DNA of 64,000 nucleotides from Octopus vulgaris (lineage: Eukaryota): contig OX597827.1 of the NCBI GenBank assembly GCA_951406725.2, forward strand, positions 76,384,001 through 76,448,000. The letters run 5' to 3'. Numbering within the stretch: the first letter of the stretch is position 1; each line of letters starts with the position of its first letter. Positions 48,036 to 59,709 of this stretch are shown here, in pieces. The notes beneath the pieces are model-generated. The model did no database searches. It was not told where the DNA came from and worked only from the letters and a program-made list of their open reading frames with translations. The position numbers and the translations under genes are program-made.

Positions 48036-48073
48036 ATGTTTCTGATGAAGAGCTCCGCTTGAAACGTTAAATC
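48036..48073 (+). ncRNA. Minimal type I hammerhead ribozyme-like motif in a Penelope-like repeat
   Basis: ttt-CTGATGA(48042-48048)-a-gagc-tcc-gctt-GAAA(48061)-CGTT-aaa: both conserved core boxes, stem II, palindromic ACGT stem III and a short stem I. Confidence 0.6.
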
Positions 48074-48233
48074 CTCCTTCTTTCTTTCCTTTCCTGAGTG
48101 TCTAATAACACTATACTTGTTCCACGACCTCATGTTGTGTTTTCTCTTTGTGTTTTCATTAACTTTATATATATAATGATAGATCGTTAGCCACTACACA
48201 CATTTTTTTTCTCTCCTTGTTTTTTCTGTGTCC

Positions 48234-48269
48234 CTTTCTGCAGAAGCGCGTAGGCCCGAAACGTAAAAG
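48234..48269 (+). ncRNA. Degenerate hammerhead-like motif
   Basis: cttt-CTGcaGA-a-gcgc-gtag-gccc-GAAA-CGTA-aaag; core A6 is mutated and stem II is imperfect. Confidence 0.4.
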
Positions 48270-48357
48270 ATTTTTTCTATTCCTGAGCGTTATACTAATA
48301 CATCTGTTTGTTTTGTACACCACCTGTCTTTGTCTTTTATTTTTTCGTAAACTCTCC

Positions 48358-48405
<48 letters not shown>

Positions 48406-48501
48406 TATATATAATAATAATATTAGGGAGTAATATTTCTATGTATTGGTTTATGTTTTTCACTGTTTGATTTGCCTAATAGTGGTTTTATCTCTAATTT
48501 A

Positions 48502-48532
<31 letters not shown>

Positions 48533-48855
48533 CATTATAATAATTATATACATAATTATAACAGGGGATTGGCTATAAGCCTCTCTATGTGCTAGAAAAT
48601 AGACGTCAAGGCACTAATACCACCGTAAAAACTCTGAAAAATAAAACATGGGCCGTTTTCTTTTTTGGAGTTTTTATGGTGGTAGTAGCATCTTTTGGCA
48701 TCTATTTTCTATTTACCTATAAGGTTTTATTTCTGTGCTGACCCCTTGGTAATGTGTGAGTGTGTAGTTGAAATTTATTGAGAAAAAAATGACAAAGACA
48801 GGTTTATGAACAACAAGCAACTGTATTAGTTTCACACTCAGGAAAAATGAAAAAG

Positions 48856-48886
48856 CCTTTTACGTTTCGAGCCTATGCTCTTCATC
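48856..48886 (-). ncRNA. 5'-truncated hammerhead-like motif
   Basis: - strand gATGA-a-gagc-atag-gctc-GAAA-CGTA-aaag; perfect stem II, but the first core bases are lost at a (CA)n junction. Confidence 0.4.
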
Positions 48887-48904
48887 TACACACACACATA
48901 TATA

Positions 48905-49083
48905 TATATGATGGGCTTCTTTCAGTTTCCGTCTACCAAATCCATTCACAAGGCTTTGGTCAGCCCAAGGCTATAGTAGAAGACACTTGCCCAAGGTGCC
49001 ATGCAGTGGGACTGAACCCCAAACTATGTGATTGGGAAGCAAGCTTCTTACCACACAACCTCTCCTGTGGTTATAATATATAT

Positions 49084-49116
<33 letters not shown>

Positions 49117-49322
49117 CCCATACGTATATATACGATAGATACACACACACAGACATATATATATATATATTTACGACAGTCTTCTTTCAGTTTCTGTGTA
49201 CCAAATCCACTCACAAGGCTTTGGTCAGCCTATGGCTATAGTAGCGGACACTTGCCAAATGGTGCCAGACAATAGGACAGAACCTGAGATCTCTTGGTTG
49301 GGAAGCATATTTCTCAAACACA
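48905..49322 (-). mobile_element. Two SINE family B 5' halves
   Basis: cttctttcagtttc...accaaatcca.tcacaaggctttggtcagcc at about 48915 and 49180. Confidence 0.7.
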
Positions 49323-50186
49323 ATATATTTGTGTAAACACACACACACACACATATAGATTATATATTTTATATATTAGTTAGATAGATGTAGACATATA
49401 TGTGTACCAACAGTTACATAAGCTGGCCAGCAACCAATTAGCTGTAACGAAGGGCAATTAGATAAGCTGGTGACAGTGGCGGTGGGAGGAGGTTTCACAC
49501 CTGAGACGTCACCTGACACATGCATCTCGTTAACATAATTAACAACATTTTTGAAAATATTTAAAATATTTCAATGAAATAAAAACAGAGAGAACAAAGA
49601 TAAGATATTAATTCTTTAATATTTGTATTATCAAACAGAACTGGTTATATATATATATATATTTATAGATTTATGTACATATAGTTAGTTATAGTTAATC
49701 TGTGAGAATATATATATGTATTTATATATATACACACACACACACATATTATATTATGTTATATTATATTTATTATATTATAATATATATATACATGCAC
49801 ATATTTACATAGACAATTTGATGTGTGTATGCGTGACAGGGTGTAAAAAAACTGGCTGAAAATGAGTCAAGTTAAAAATGGTGAATACCAGTAATAGACA
49901 GGGTCTGTGTGAGGACAGTAGCTTTTTTTTTTTAATGAGGTGGAGACCCTTTAAAGAGGGTTACTTGATTCTTTAACCATATTTCCAATGAAATATATTT
50001 CCTGCGTGTCAAGTAATTTTTGAAAAAAATAATGAGGAGTTTTTAGTTAAAAAAAACTTGCTGTTTGGAGCATCAAGAGAGGTTTTAATTTAGAGCCTTT
50101 TAAAATAGGAAGTTTGTATGAAAACCGTGAGGCTGGTTGGTATGAAAGGAGTTAACGACTCGTCAAGGATGATGACGATGACTTAA

Positions 50187-50408
50187 CCCTTTAGTGTTCA
50201 GATTACTCTGTTAAATGTAATATTTTTTATACTCAAATTGTTTTGAATTAATCATGGCATTATCTTATAGCTTTGAGGTTTCAATTACGTGATTGTTCAT
50301 GTTTAGAATGTCAATGTAGGTAAGGTGTGAGAGCCCTGATCTGGTCAGATTAAACATAAAATAGGTAGAAAACTTCGGCCGGATATGGCCAGTTTAAACA
50401 CTAAAGGG
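50187..50408. mobile_element. piggyBac-like MITE
   Basis: TTAA flanks; TIRs ccctttagtgtt / aacactaaaggg. Confidence 0.8.
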
Positions 50409-52275
50409 TTAACTTTTAGAGTCTACCATCATCATCATCATCATCATCACCACTAACATCATCAACAGCTTTAATTTCTTATTCATTTTGGATACTTTAA
50501 CATTTGAAATTTTTAAAAAGAAGTTTATCATGTGACAGGAAGTAGTTTAAAATATTTATTTAATCATTTTTTTCCCCTTTTGTCCCTCCAACAATTGACA
50601 TGTTTTATAGTTAATACAAGAAAGAGGTTGATTTGTATTTTTTCGGTGCATGTCTTCTCTTTGTTTTAATTTTTCTCCTTTTGCCTTTCCAAACCCCTAA
50701 CTCTCATTTACTGCTGACCCCTGACATAGGAGTTATACTGCAATCTATGCTACAAAGCCCACTTATTGAAAAGCATAAAACCCTGAACCACAAACTCAAA
50801 GGAGGGCAGCAGGATGTTGGTGGAGTTTTCATGTGGAACATTTTCACCAGGACCGTGCCTTACTCCAGCATTTACTAACTCACCAGAGACTCATTAGTAC
50901 TCACAGATGTACTCTGCACTGAACTCCATTGTATTGCACCAATACTCTTCCGTCTTTAGTCACTTTACAAAATGCTTCACTTCATCTATGCCACTGATGC
51001 TGATGGGGAAATGTATGAACATCACAACTTCCTATTTATCTTGCCCTTGCAGTCATTGAGAAGCAATAAGTAAAAGATGAACAGTTTTTGAATAAAGTTA
51101 AACACTTCCATCAGAAGATGTTTAGCTCTTATCAACCACATTGTATAGTGTGGTGTTTATGTGTTCTATATATATGTATGTATATACCGTAACATATATT
51201 TGCCAATTAAGTGTGGGGTCCTATACAGGACAGTACTACTGATGTTTATAGCCCCAGGAAGACATCTCTTCCAGCAGGATAATGACATACACACACACAC
51301 ACACACCTTGGTCTGAATTTTGATATTCTTTGCTTAGAACAAAAGAGGTATGTGTGATGTTCATGGCTTTTCCAAGAGCATCATTGACATAAATGAAGTT
51401 AAAATACTTTGACGAAGGGTTGAATGTGGTCTATCATAGGCTTTGCCTCCACTTAATCAGTGAGGTCAGTGTCGCACACACACACTCTTGTGATGCGTGT
51501 GCCTGGTCTACCCTTATCAAATGGGTGGTCATGGTGGGTATATTGTATTTCGTATATTTGTACCCCACAGTGATTTTGATGCCATGTGCTGTTCTCTCAC
51601 TCAATAATAATAATGATACTAATGACACAACAGGGCCTGAGATTTGAGGGGAGGGGGACTCCTAGTTGACTAAATTCATTGCAGTACTTGACTCGTTCTT
51701 TATTTTATTCTGCCTTAGAAGGTGAATGAGGGGGGGGGGGAGACAAAAGGAAAAAAAAAAATCCATGACAGAATTTCAACTGAGACTGGAGAAGGATGTG
51801 AAGAAACACCACAAGGTATCTCAGTCCCACTCTCAGTTGTTTCTGCCTCCTACTTCTCCTCCACTAACAACAACAACAACAACAACAACGACCACAACAA
51901 TGTCATTAGCCACACCCAACGATGTGTTTAAGTTTCACATTATTGTAGTTGTTGTTGTTGTCGTTTTGCCCACCCCGCACCTCCAACACCTTCCCTTTTT
52001 TCATCCTCAGCAACATTTTTTGATGCAAAAAAATATACTTGGCAGAAAAAATAAATAAAATTTTCTTACAAAGAAAAGAAAAAAAAAAAAAGAAATGATA
52101 AAATATAAAATAAAAAAATGTTTTCTATAAACAGAAAAAAAAAAAAATTCATTTTTCTTGAAAACAAAGTAAATAAATAAATAAAATTTTCTTAAAAAAA
52201 AAAATGTCTGCCTTCGATATATCATTAAAAATAAGAACTGAAGCAATATTGATGGTGATGATGATGATGCTGCTG

Positions 52276-52306
<31 letters not shown>

Positions 52307-52731
52307 TTGTGGCTGTGGCAAATTAAGAATGGTTTAAAGATTTCAACTGAAACTATGACACAGAAATAAATTGGAAGAGTTTTTCTCCTTAATACGATGA
52401 AGATGTTTAGGCTTTTGCCATATTTGGGTGGGTGGTGGTGGTGGGCAATGGTTTATTGCAGGGAAACTGGAGGAAAAATGTGTGTGGAGGGGGTGGGGGG
52501 TGGAGGTGGTGAAGAATAAGGAGACCTAGGGAGGTTAAACATTAAATTTCTACTTTATGTTTCCTTTTTTGTTTTTTTTCCCTCCTCCCCCTTTTTTTTT
52601 TGTCTCCGGGAATGAAGAATGAAAAAAGAATTTCCCTTTGTATATTTAAACTCCTAAAACTGGACCAACATTTCTTGAAGAATTCATTCGGTTTAAACAC
52701 ACACACACGTGTGTGTGTGTCTATAACACCT

Positions 52732-52732
52732 A

Positions 52733-52779
<47 letters not shown>

Positions 52780-52781
52780 GC

Positions 52782-52846
<65 letters not shown>

Positions 52847-52899
52847 GTATATGTATATATATATATATGTATATATATATGTATATATATATGTATATA

Positions 52900-52946
<47 letters not shown>

Positions 52947-53043
52947 GTATATATGTATATATATATATATGTATATATATATACGTATATGTATATACGT
53001 ATATATATATGTGTATATATATGTGTATATATATGTATATATA

Positions 53044-53075
<32 letters not shown>

Positions 53076-53093
53076 CACATATAAACACACACA
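52732..53093. repeat. (TA)n-rich microsatellite
   Basis: Direct inspection. Confidence 0.95.
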
Positions 53094-53958
53094 TTTAAAT
53101 ATGCGGGGTTATTTAATATTCCTATGTGTTTTCTCTCTTTTCTTTTTTTCAGTTTTTTTTCTTTTTGTTATTTTCTTTTTTTCTTTCTTTCTTTCTTCAA
53201 GAAAACTAGACAAGAAGGTAGATGTGGAAAAGTGGAAACAAAGAATCAATAGTTAGCAGTCTTATGATTTTGATAGCTACTGTCCAACTAAACAATACGA
53301 CAAGAAAAGAAAGAGAGCAGAGATTGTGGATAGATGTGAATGTGAAATGCTTAAAGTCTGTGTGAATATAGAGAGTGAAAGAGAGAGAGAAAGACATAGA
53401 GAGAGTGTGGAAGAGAGAAGAGAGAGAGAGTGAGACATTGAAGTTTCAAGGGAGGAAAACAAAGAGTTCGTATAAAGGGAGGTAATAATACACAACTAAA
53501 AAAAAAAAACAACAAAAGGCTGTGTACATAAAAAAACAAACCTTCATAGAAATAATAAAAAAAAAACAAGAAATAAATAAAATGTCTCTTGTTGTTGTTG
53601 TTGTTGTTGCCTTCTTTGTTAACAAAAAAGAAGAAATATCTGGTATAAAAATTCAATCAATTTATTTATCAGGTTTTTGATTGAGCAAGAATTATTTCTA
53701 AGTTTATAATTCTCCCCCTCTTTCTTTTTCACACATCTCTCCATGACAATTGAGTTAGTAACAAAATGTTCTCTCATACGTGTGTGTGTGTGTGTGTGTA
53801 AGCCATTGTTTCCATATTATTATTATTATTATTATTATTATTATCATTAATTATTATCTTCATCATCATCATTGTTTCAGTTTCTTTAACATGTCATACT
53901 GGATTGTGACAAAACTTGGGCAATAGCTACGTACCCACTGTGTGTGAGTGTATGTGAG

Positions 53959-53994
<36 letters not shown>

Positions 53995-54454
53995 TATATA
54001 CGTACATATATACATACACATATATATATACATATATATATATATATATGTGTATATCTATATTTACATTTATTTTATCAATATAATATATTCTTTTATT
54101 TCTATTATCATTATTACTATTATTATTATTGTTGTTGTTGTTGTAGTTGAAGTAGTAGTCCAAATAAATTGTCAGAAATTTCTCTTTGGCAAAACTTTTT
54201 GCTTTCTTTTTTTTCTTTTTTTTTTTTTTACATAATTATCAAGATAAAATATATGGCATTATATTAAGACCTGTGTAAGTATGTGTATATATGAGTGTGT
54301 ATGTGCCTAGCCTACTGTTTTCTGTGCTGTGTTGAAGGTTTTTTTGCTACTCAAGTAGACAAATGGAACAGGCAAAAAAAGTCCCCACATTCGCAGGCAC
54401 AGACAGACAAAACAACAAACATTCCATGCCGAACACTAAGTTGATTTATCTGCA

Positions 54455-57394
54455 CTATCTTGGTAAAGCACCACCTGGGATGCAGGAATATCGTGTCTCA
54501 CCTGCTTCTGAGATATACATTCCAACCTTATTGTCCCTCTGGTGCCTTACCAAATGGTCCTTGCGAGAGAAAGCGAACCCACATAAATTACATTTAAAGG
54601 GTCTTTCTCCAGTGTGAGTCCTTTTATGAACAGTCAGATGGTATTTCTGTACAAACCCTTTTCCACAGATTTCACAGATGAAAGGTTTGTCTTGGTTATG
54701 GCTTCGCACGTGCCTCTCAAACATCTCACAATTTGTAAACACTTTCTCGCAAATAACACATGTGAAAGTCTGCAGAGATGGGCTGTGGTTCTGATTGTGT
54801 TTCTCATTGTAGGCCTTCATGCATTCTTCACAATCAAAATTTAAATTCTCTCCATCTTGGAAGTCTGCGTCCAGTGGACAAATGTTCTGACACATGGAAG
54901 TGTCTTCATTTGGACACATGGACATTGGTGGAGTGTTCTGACTAAAATATTCACGGTGTGTTTTCATGTGCCGAGTTAAATTACCGTTTGTAGAGAAATA
55001 GTTCTGACATATTGTACATCGGAATGAATTGTTATTTCTTTGTAATGGAGAATTGTTCAGATTTTGCTGGGCTATAAATTCGTCGTGGGTTTTCATGTGT
55101 CTTGTCAGATTGCCGTTTGTAGAGAAAACTGAACAACAAGTGGTGCAGCGATGTGATTCTTCAGGTTCGTATGGAACAATTGGGCTGACGTTATTTTGCA
55201 GATAGGTGTCTTCATGACTACGAAAATGCCTGGTCAAATCACCGTTCCTTGAGAAAGTGCGTGCACAAATATTGCATTTAAATGGTTTCTCCTCTTGGTA
55301 AAAAGCTAAATTTTCATGTTCCTGCAGAACGGTTTCACCATGCGTCCTCATATGTCTTGTTAGATCTCCAGGTCGTGAGAACAATCGCTTGCATATTGGA
55401 CAAATGATGGGTTGGTCTTCGAGATACGATCTCATGCCGTTCTGAGGTTCGTCTTTGAGACAAGGTCGTGGAATACTGCAATGTTGTTCATCCATACAAC
55501 CCTTAGGGCTGCCATGGCTTTGACTATCAAAACACGGTTTCATTGCAAGTGGAGCGTGAGAGGCTTCCATATGCATCTTCATATGTTCTGTCATATCTAT
55601 AAACGTGGAGAACACACGTCGGCAGAGGCGGCAAGAGAATGCCATCGGGGGTTCTTCTGTACAACCACCGTTACAGCCGTATACATTGTGGGGCATGCAG
55701 GATTCAGTATGGCCCTTCATATGCCTGGTAAGGTCATTGTTTTGGGAAAATGCAAGTCCGCAGATGTTACATTTAAAGGGGTCATTATTATTATTACAGT
55801 TGTTATTGATTTGGTTGCAGTTCTGGAGCAACGGTTCCTCGTGGGTTTTGAAATGTCTGGTGAGATCCCCATTGCGGGTGAATTCAATGCCACATACATT
55901 GCAGAAAAACATCCCTTCTTTTTGGTAGCAATGGTTGGGGCTGTTCTGGATCACCACTTCTTCGTGGATCTTCATATGTCTGGTGAGGTTACCGTTGGTT
56001 GAAAATGTAGACTGGCAGATATTGCATTTAAATACCTCTCCGTTCGGGCAGTTGGCAACTTGAGATGGCTGATATGACGGCTCTTCGTGAACTCGAAAAT
56101 GGCGCGTCAGATCACCGTTCCTTGAAAACACACGTTCACAGATGTTACACTTAAATGGCTTCTCATCTTGACACAGGAGATGAGGGTTCAAGTATTGTGG
56201 CTGCTGTTGCCTCGTGTCTTCTTCATGGAACCTCATATGTCGCATCAAGTCACCATTCCTAGAGAAAGTACGTTCACAGTAATTGCATTTGTAGGGTCGG
56301 TCTGAATCGCAGACCACCGGTTGGGGCTGCGATAAGGGTTGGGGCTGCGGTAAGTGTTGGGGCTGCGGTAAGTGTTGAGGCTGCGGTAAGTGTTGGGGCT
56401 GCGGTAAGTGTTGGGGCTGCGGTAAGTGTTGGGCCAGAGGCTGTGGCTGTGGTTGGCACTGGGGTAGGGGCTGTGGTAGGGCCTGGGGTAGGGGCTGGGG
56501 TTGGCACTGGGGTGGGGTCAGGGGTGGCGGAGGGGTATACTCTTCCTGCGGAGCAATCTCAGTTTCATGATTCTTTTCGTGATCAATCAGGTTTATCTTC
56601 TGAGAGAATCCCAGCCCACAAACGTTACAACGGAACAATGGTTTCAGCAGTTTATTCGGCCTCTTGTGCGTCCTCTTGTGTTGCTTCAGGTGGTTGCGGC
56701 GAGTGAAAGTCTTGCTGCAGATCTTGCAGTCGAACGACTTCATTTGCCGATGGGTCAGTTTATGCTTCTCGAGATCAAGAAAACCAGCAAATTCCTCATT
56801 GCAAATCTGGCACCGATGAGAATTTTCCATTGTCTGAACACGGATGACAGCGGTGCCTTCCTCTCCTTCCTGTTCCAGTTGCTGGCAGTATTCCTCTTCT
56901 TCTTTGATCCGTTTCAACCTCTGCTGCTCTTCTTCCTTGCTCTTCTCTTCAAGTCGGGCAGCTTCTTCCTCTTCATCGGCCACCTCCATACCCTCGCTGT
57001 CTTCACTAACAACATTATTATTATCATCATTGAAATTATTATAATTAGTATTATTATTAATATCATCGTTACTGCTGTTTTCAGCATAATCATTAATGAG
57101 TTTCTTTTCGTTATTATCACTAACGAATTCTGAGTTCATTTCACATCCTTCTTCCTGGCACGAAGAAGACATTTGGTCAACCAATTTCTCATTTTCTTCT
57201 TCCATCTGTAGTTCTTCTTGATGCTCTTGTTGGTGTTGTTGTTGTTGTTGATCTGTAGCTTCTTGTTTCATGTCGTTATCTCCCGCTTCTCCATTTTCTT
57301 CATTCGGGCCATTATTATTATCCACGCTTTTCTTCCGTTCCACATTCGCGGCCCTAGATTTCTTTCGTCGTTTCAAATTGCTGCTTCGAGACAT
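54455..57394 (-). CDS. C2H2 zinc-finger protein with about 16 mostly dispersed fingers, basic NLS-like and acidic N-terminus, Pro/Gln-rich repeat (979 aa from first ATG)
   Basis: Uninterrupted ORF. The track start 57442 is TTG; the first ATG is 57394 (MSRSSNLKRRKK). Repeated CxxC-x12-HxxxH motifs; the terminal triplet has canonical QDKP/TGERP linkers. Confidence 0.93.
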   Translation of the reverse strand: MSRSSNLKRRKKSRAANVERKKSVDNNNGPNEENGEAGDNDMKQEATDQQQQQHQQEHQEELQMEEENEKLVDQMSSSCQEEGCEMNSEFVSDNNEKKLINDYAENSSNDDINNNTNYNNFNDDNNNVVSEDSEGMEVADEEEEAARLEEKSKEEEQQRLKRIKEEEEYCQQLEQEGEEGTAVIRVQTMENSHRCQICNEEFAGFLDLEKHKLTHRQMKSFDCKICSKTFTRRNHLKQHKRTHKRPNKLLKPLFRCNVCGLGFSQKINLIDHEKNHETEIAPQEEYTPPPPLTPPQCQPQPLPQALPQPLPQCQPQPQPLAQHLPQPQHLPQPQHLPQPQHLPQPQHLPQPQPLSQPQPVVCDSDRPYKCNYCERTFSRNGDLMRHMRFHEEDTRQQQPQYLNPHLLCQDEKPFKCNICERVFSRNGDLTRHFRVHEEPSYQPSQVANCPNGEVFKCNICQSTFSTNGNLTRHMKIHEEVVIQNSPNHCYQKEGMFFCNVCGIEFTRNGDLTRHFKTHEEPLLQNCNQINNNCNNNNDPFKCNICGLAFSQNNDLTRHMKGHTESCMPHNVYGCNGGCTEEPPMAFSCRLCRRVFSTFIDMTEHMKMHMEASHAPLAMKPCFDSQSHGSPKGCMDEQHCSIPRPCLKDEPQNGMRSYLEDQPIICPICKRLFSRPGDLTRHMRTHGETVLQEHENLAFYQEEKPFKCNICARTFSRNGDLTRHFRSHEDTYLQNNVSPIVPYEPEESHRCTTCCSVFSTNGNLTRHMKTHDEFIAQQNLNNSPLQRNNNSFRCTICQNYFSTNGNLTRHMKTHREYFSQNTPPMSMCPNEDTSMCQNICPLDADFQDGENLNFDCEECMKAYNEKHNQNHSPSLQTFTCVICEKVFTNCEMFERHVRSHNQDKPFICEICGKGFVQKYHLTVHKRTHTGERPFKCNLCGFAFSRKDHLVRHQRDNKVGMYISEAGETRYSCIPGGALPR
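56321..56433 (-). repeat. 18-bp coding tandem repeat (PQHLPQ), about 6 copies
   Basis: ggggctgcggtaagtgtt repeated almost perfectly on the + strand. Confidence 0.9.
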
Positions 57395-57870
57395 TTTTGC
57401 ACGATTCTTTTTATCCTTCAGTTGGCAAACATGAATTTTCAAGAAAGAATTTTATATATACAGATATTTATATATCTGAGTAACAAGCAATATTTAAATC
57501 GGTCAGAGGTGGTCAGTGAACGTCTATATCAATACTGGAGAATATTATAAAATATGTTACATATATATATATATATACACACATATATATAAATCTGTGT
57601 GTGTATTGACTCTGGGCCAGCTAAGAAAGTTTAATTGGAGTTAGAAATGAAGTAAGGAGAGATTGGTCAACCAAATATATTTCTAAGATGTGGTTGTATG
57701 CCGTGTCTTCTTGTTTGATGGTGGAAAAACCTTGAGAGTTAAATATCAAGTGAGAGAGAAGATTGTTGGCTCAGATAGCAGCGTACAATGGTGGCTTTTG
57801 CTTTTCTTCAGGATTACTGCCGCAAAACAGCTTTCAAAGATGCTTTCTCGTGTCAAACAAAGAAGAAATT

Positions 57871-57927
57871 CTGAAAAATATGAAGAAAAACAAAATGAAA
57901 ATTTTAAAAAAAGAATATTTAATAAAA
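57871..57927 (-). other. Candidate splice acceptor upstream of the - strand ZNF CDS
   Basis: - strand long T-rich tract ending catatttttcAG (57872-57871); a weaker alternative lies at 57477-57476. Confidence 0.45.
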
Positions 57928-59039
57928 CTGACAGCAGAAAATAGATAATTTTAACAAAATAATAAATTTTTCAGAAGAAATAAAAAAAATATGTATCTTA
58001 TATAAAACATAGACCATATCTATCTGATCTCTATAATTAAAATTAAAATGCTTGCATAGTTGTTGTTGTTCAGCTGCAGGTAGGCCTCTGATTAAACAAT
58101 AAACAAACCAATATTCAACAGCATTCCAACCATGACCATCAGTCTTATTTTCAGAAATAGTGTATACTCTGAATTGCATTTTCTCCCCCTTTGTGTAAGG
58201 TATTGTTTGCAAGAGATTTGGCTACTACATCTAGCAATTTGAGTGACCACTCAGAGGCTCTCTCTCTCTCAGGTAAGATATTAGTATGTGGAGGAGTGGT
58301 GAGGTCAGCTGAGGTGCAGGTGGTGGGGTGGTATGATGGAGAAACCAGCAGAGGTGTCCAGGATGTGGTCAATACATCTCAGGTGTGTGTGTGTGTGTAT
58401 ATATAAAAGGTCAGCCTTACAGTTGACCTCTGTCACCCAAGCATGTAGGGGTTCAACAAGGAATGCTTCTATTTCCTTTCTTTTTTCTTTACAATAGTAG
58501 TAGTAGTAGTAGCAGCAGTAGTTGTGGTGGTGGTGGTGGTGTTTGTAATTAAGGTGTGGTTAGTTTCTGGGTCAGGTGGAAACTCTCTTCCTTTTCTCCA
58601 TTCCTCTGATCCAACTAGGTGTACATACACATGTATATATAATATATATGTGTGTGTGTGCACGCGTATACATGTATGTATATAACATATGTAATGTATA
58701 TGCATATACGTGTGTCATATGTTACACACACACACATACATGCACACATACCTTACACATGCATGTGTCTACTTCAAAAAGGTATGACAACGACATAGAC
58801 GACTACGATGATGATGATGACGATGATGATGATGATGATAGTGGTATGGTAAGTAGTTTTAATGATATTCATAGGAAATATAAAAAGACAGATGACGATG
58901 GTAATAATGCCAATGATGATGATGATGATGATGATGATGATGGTGTAGAGAATAAAGAAAACAATGGCAGGAGTGGAAGCGGCCTCGATGGTATTGGCGG
59001 TGGTAATGGTGGTGGTGGTGGTGGTGGTGGTGTTTGGTG

Positions 59040-59275
59040 GTGGTCATAGCGGAATGATGGTTGCGGCGGTGGCGGAATAATACATCGGCAGTAGGGGTGG
59101 CGGAGGCGGCGGCGGTAGTACCTGTGATAAGGCGATAGTAATGATGATGATGGTGGTGGTGGCGGCGGCGGTGCAGCTTTCACACTCCCCCGACTTCCTC
59201 TTCAACACCGCCGCCACCATCTAACTTTACGCTACTTTATCACACACGCTAGCGCGCGCACACGCATGCGTATAT
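59040..59275 (-). promoter_or_regulatory. CpG-rich patch, candidate promoter or first exon of the - strand ZNF gene
   Basis: The clearest non-coding CpG-dense patch in the window; candidate donor CAG|GTAC at 59121; palindrome acgcatgcgt at 59262-59271. Confidence 0.4.
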
Positions 59276-59285
59276 ATTTATACAT

Positions 59286-59316
<31 letters not shown>

Positions 59317-59709
59317 ATATATCGTACACATACACACACAACCTACTTTTTAGAATCACTCCCACTACTACCATCATTCTCCCTCATCTCACTGTTGAGG
59401 GAGATAAAAACAATGGGAGAGGGAAGAAGAGAAGGAATAAGCAGAGAAGAGAGGGAGGGAGTGAAAGAGAGAGAAAAAGACTCTTCGTGTGTGTATGTGT
59501 GTGCGTGCGTGTGTATGTGTGCGCCCAAAACCCAGACTGCTAAGAATTCAATGACCTCCATCTCCTCCCCTTCTTCCTGCTATACACTCCCTGTCTATAC
59601 GATCATATCTTTCTAATCCTCCTCTTTCTCTCACTGTAATTACATGCATACACACACATAGAAGCACACAAACACATATATATTACATATATATACACAC
59701 ATACATATA

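Noticed and set aside
54363-57550. + strand ORFs overlapping the - strand ZNF
   Set aside because: Antisense shadows of the real CDS.
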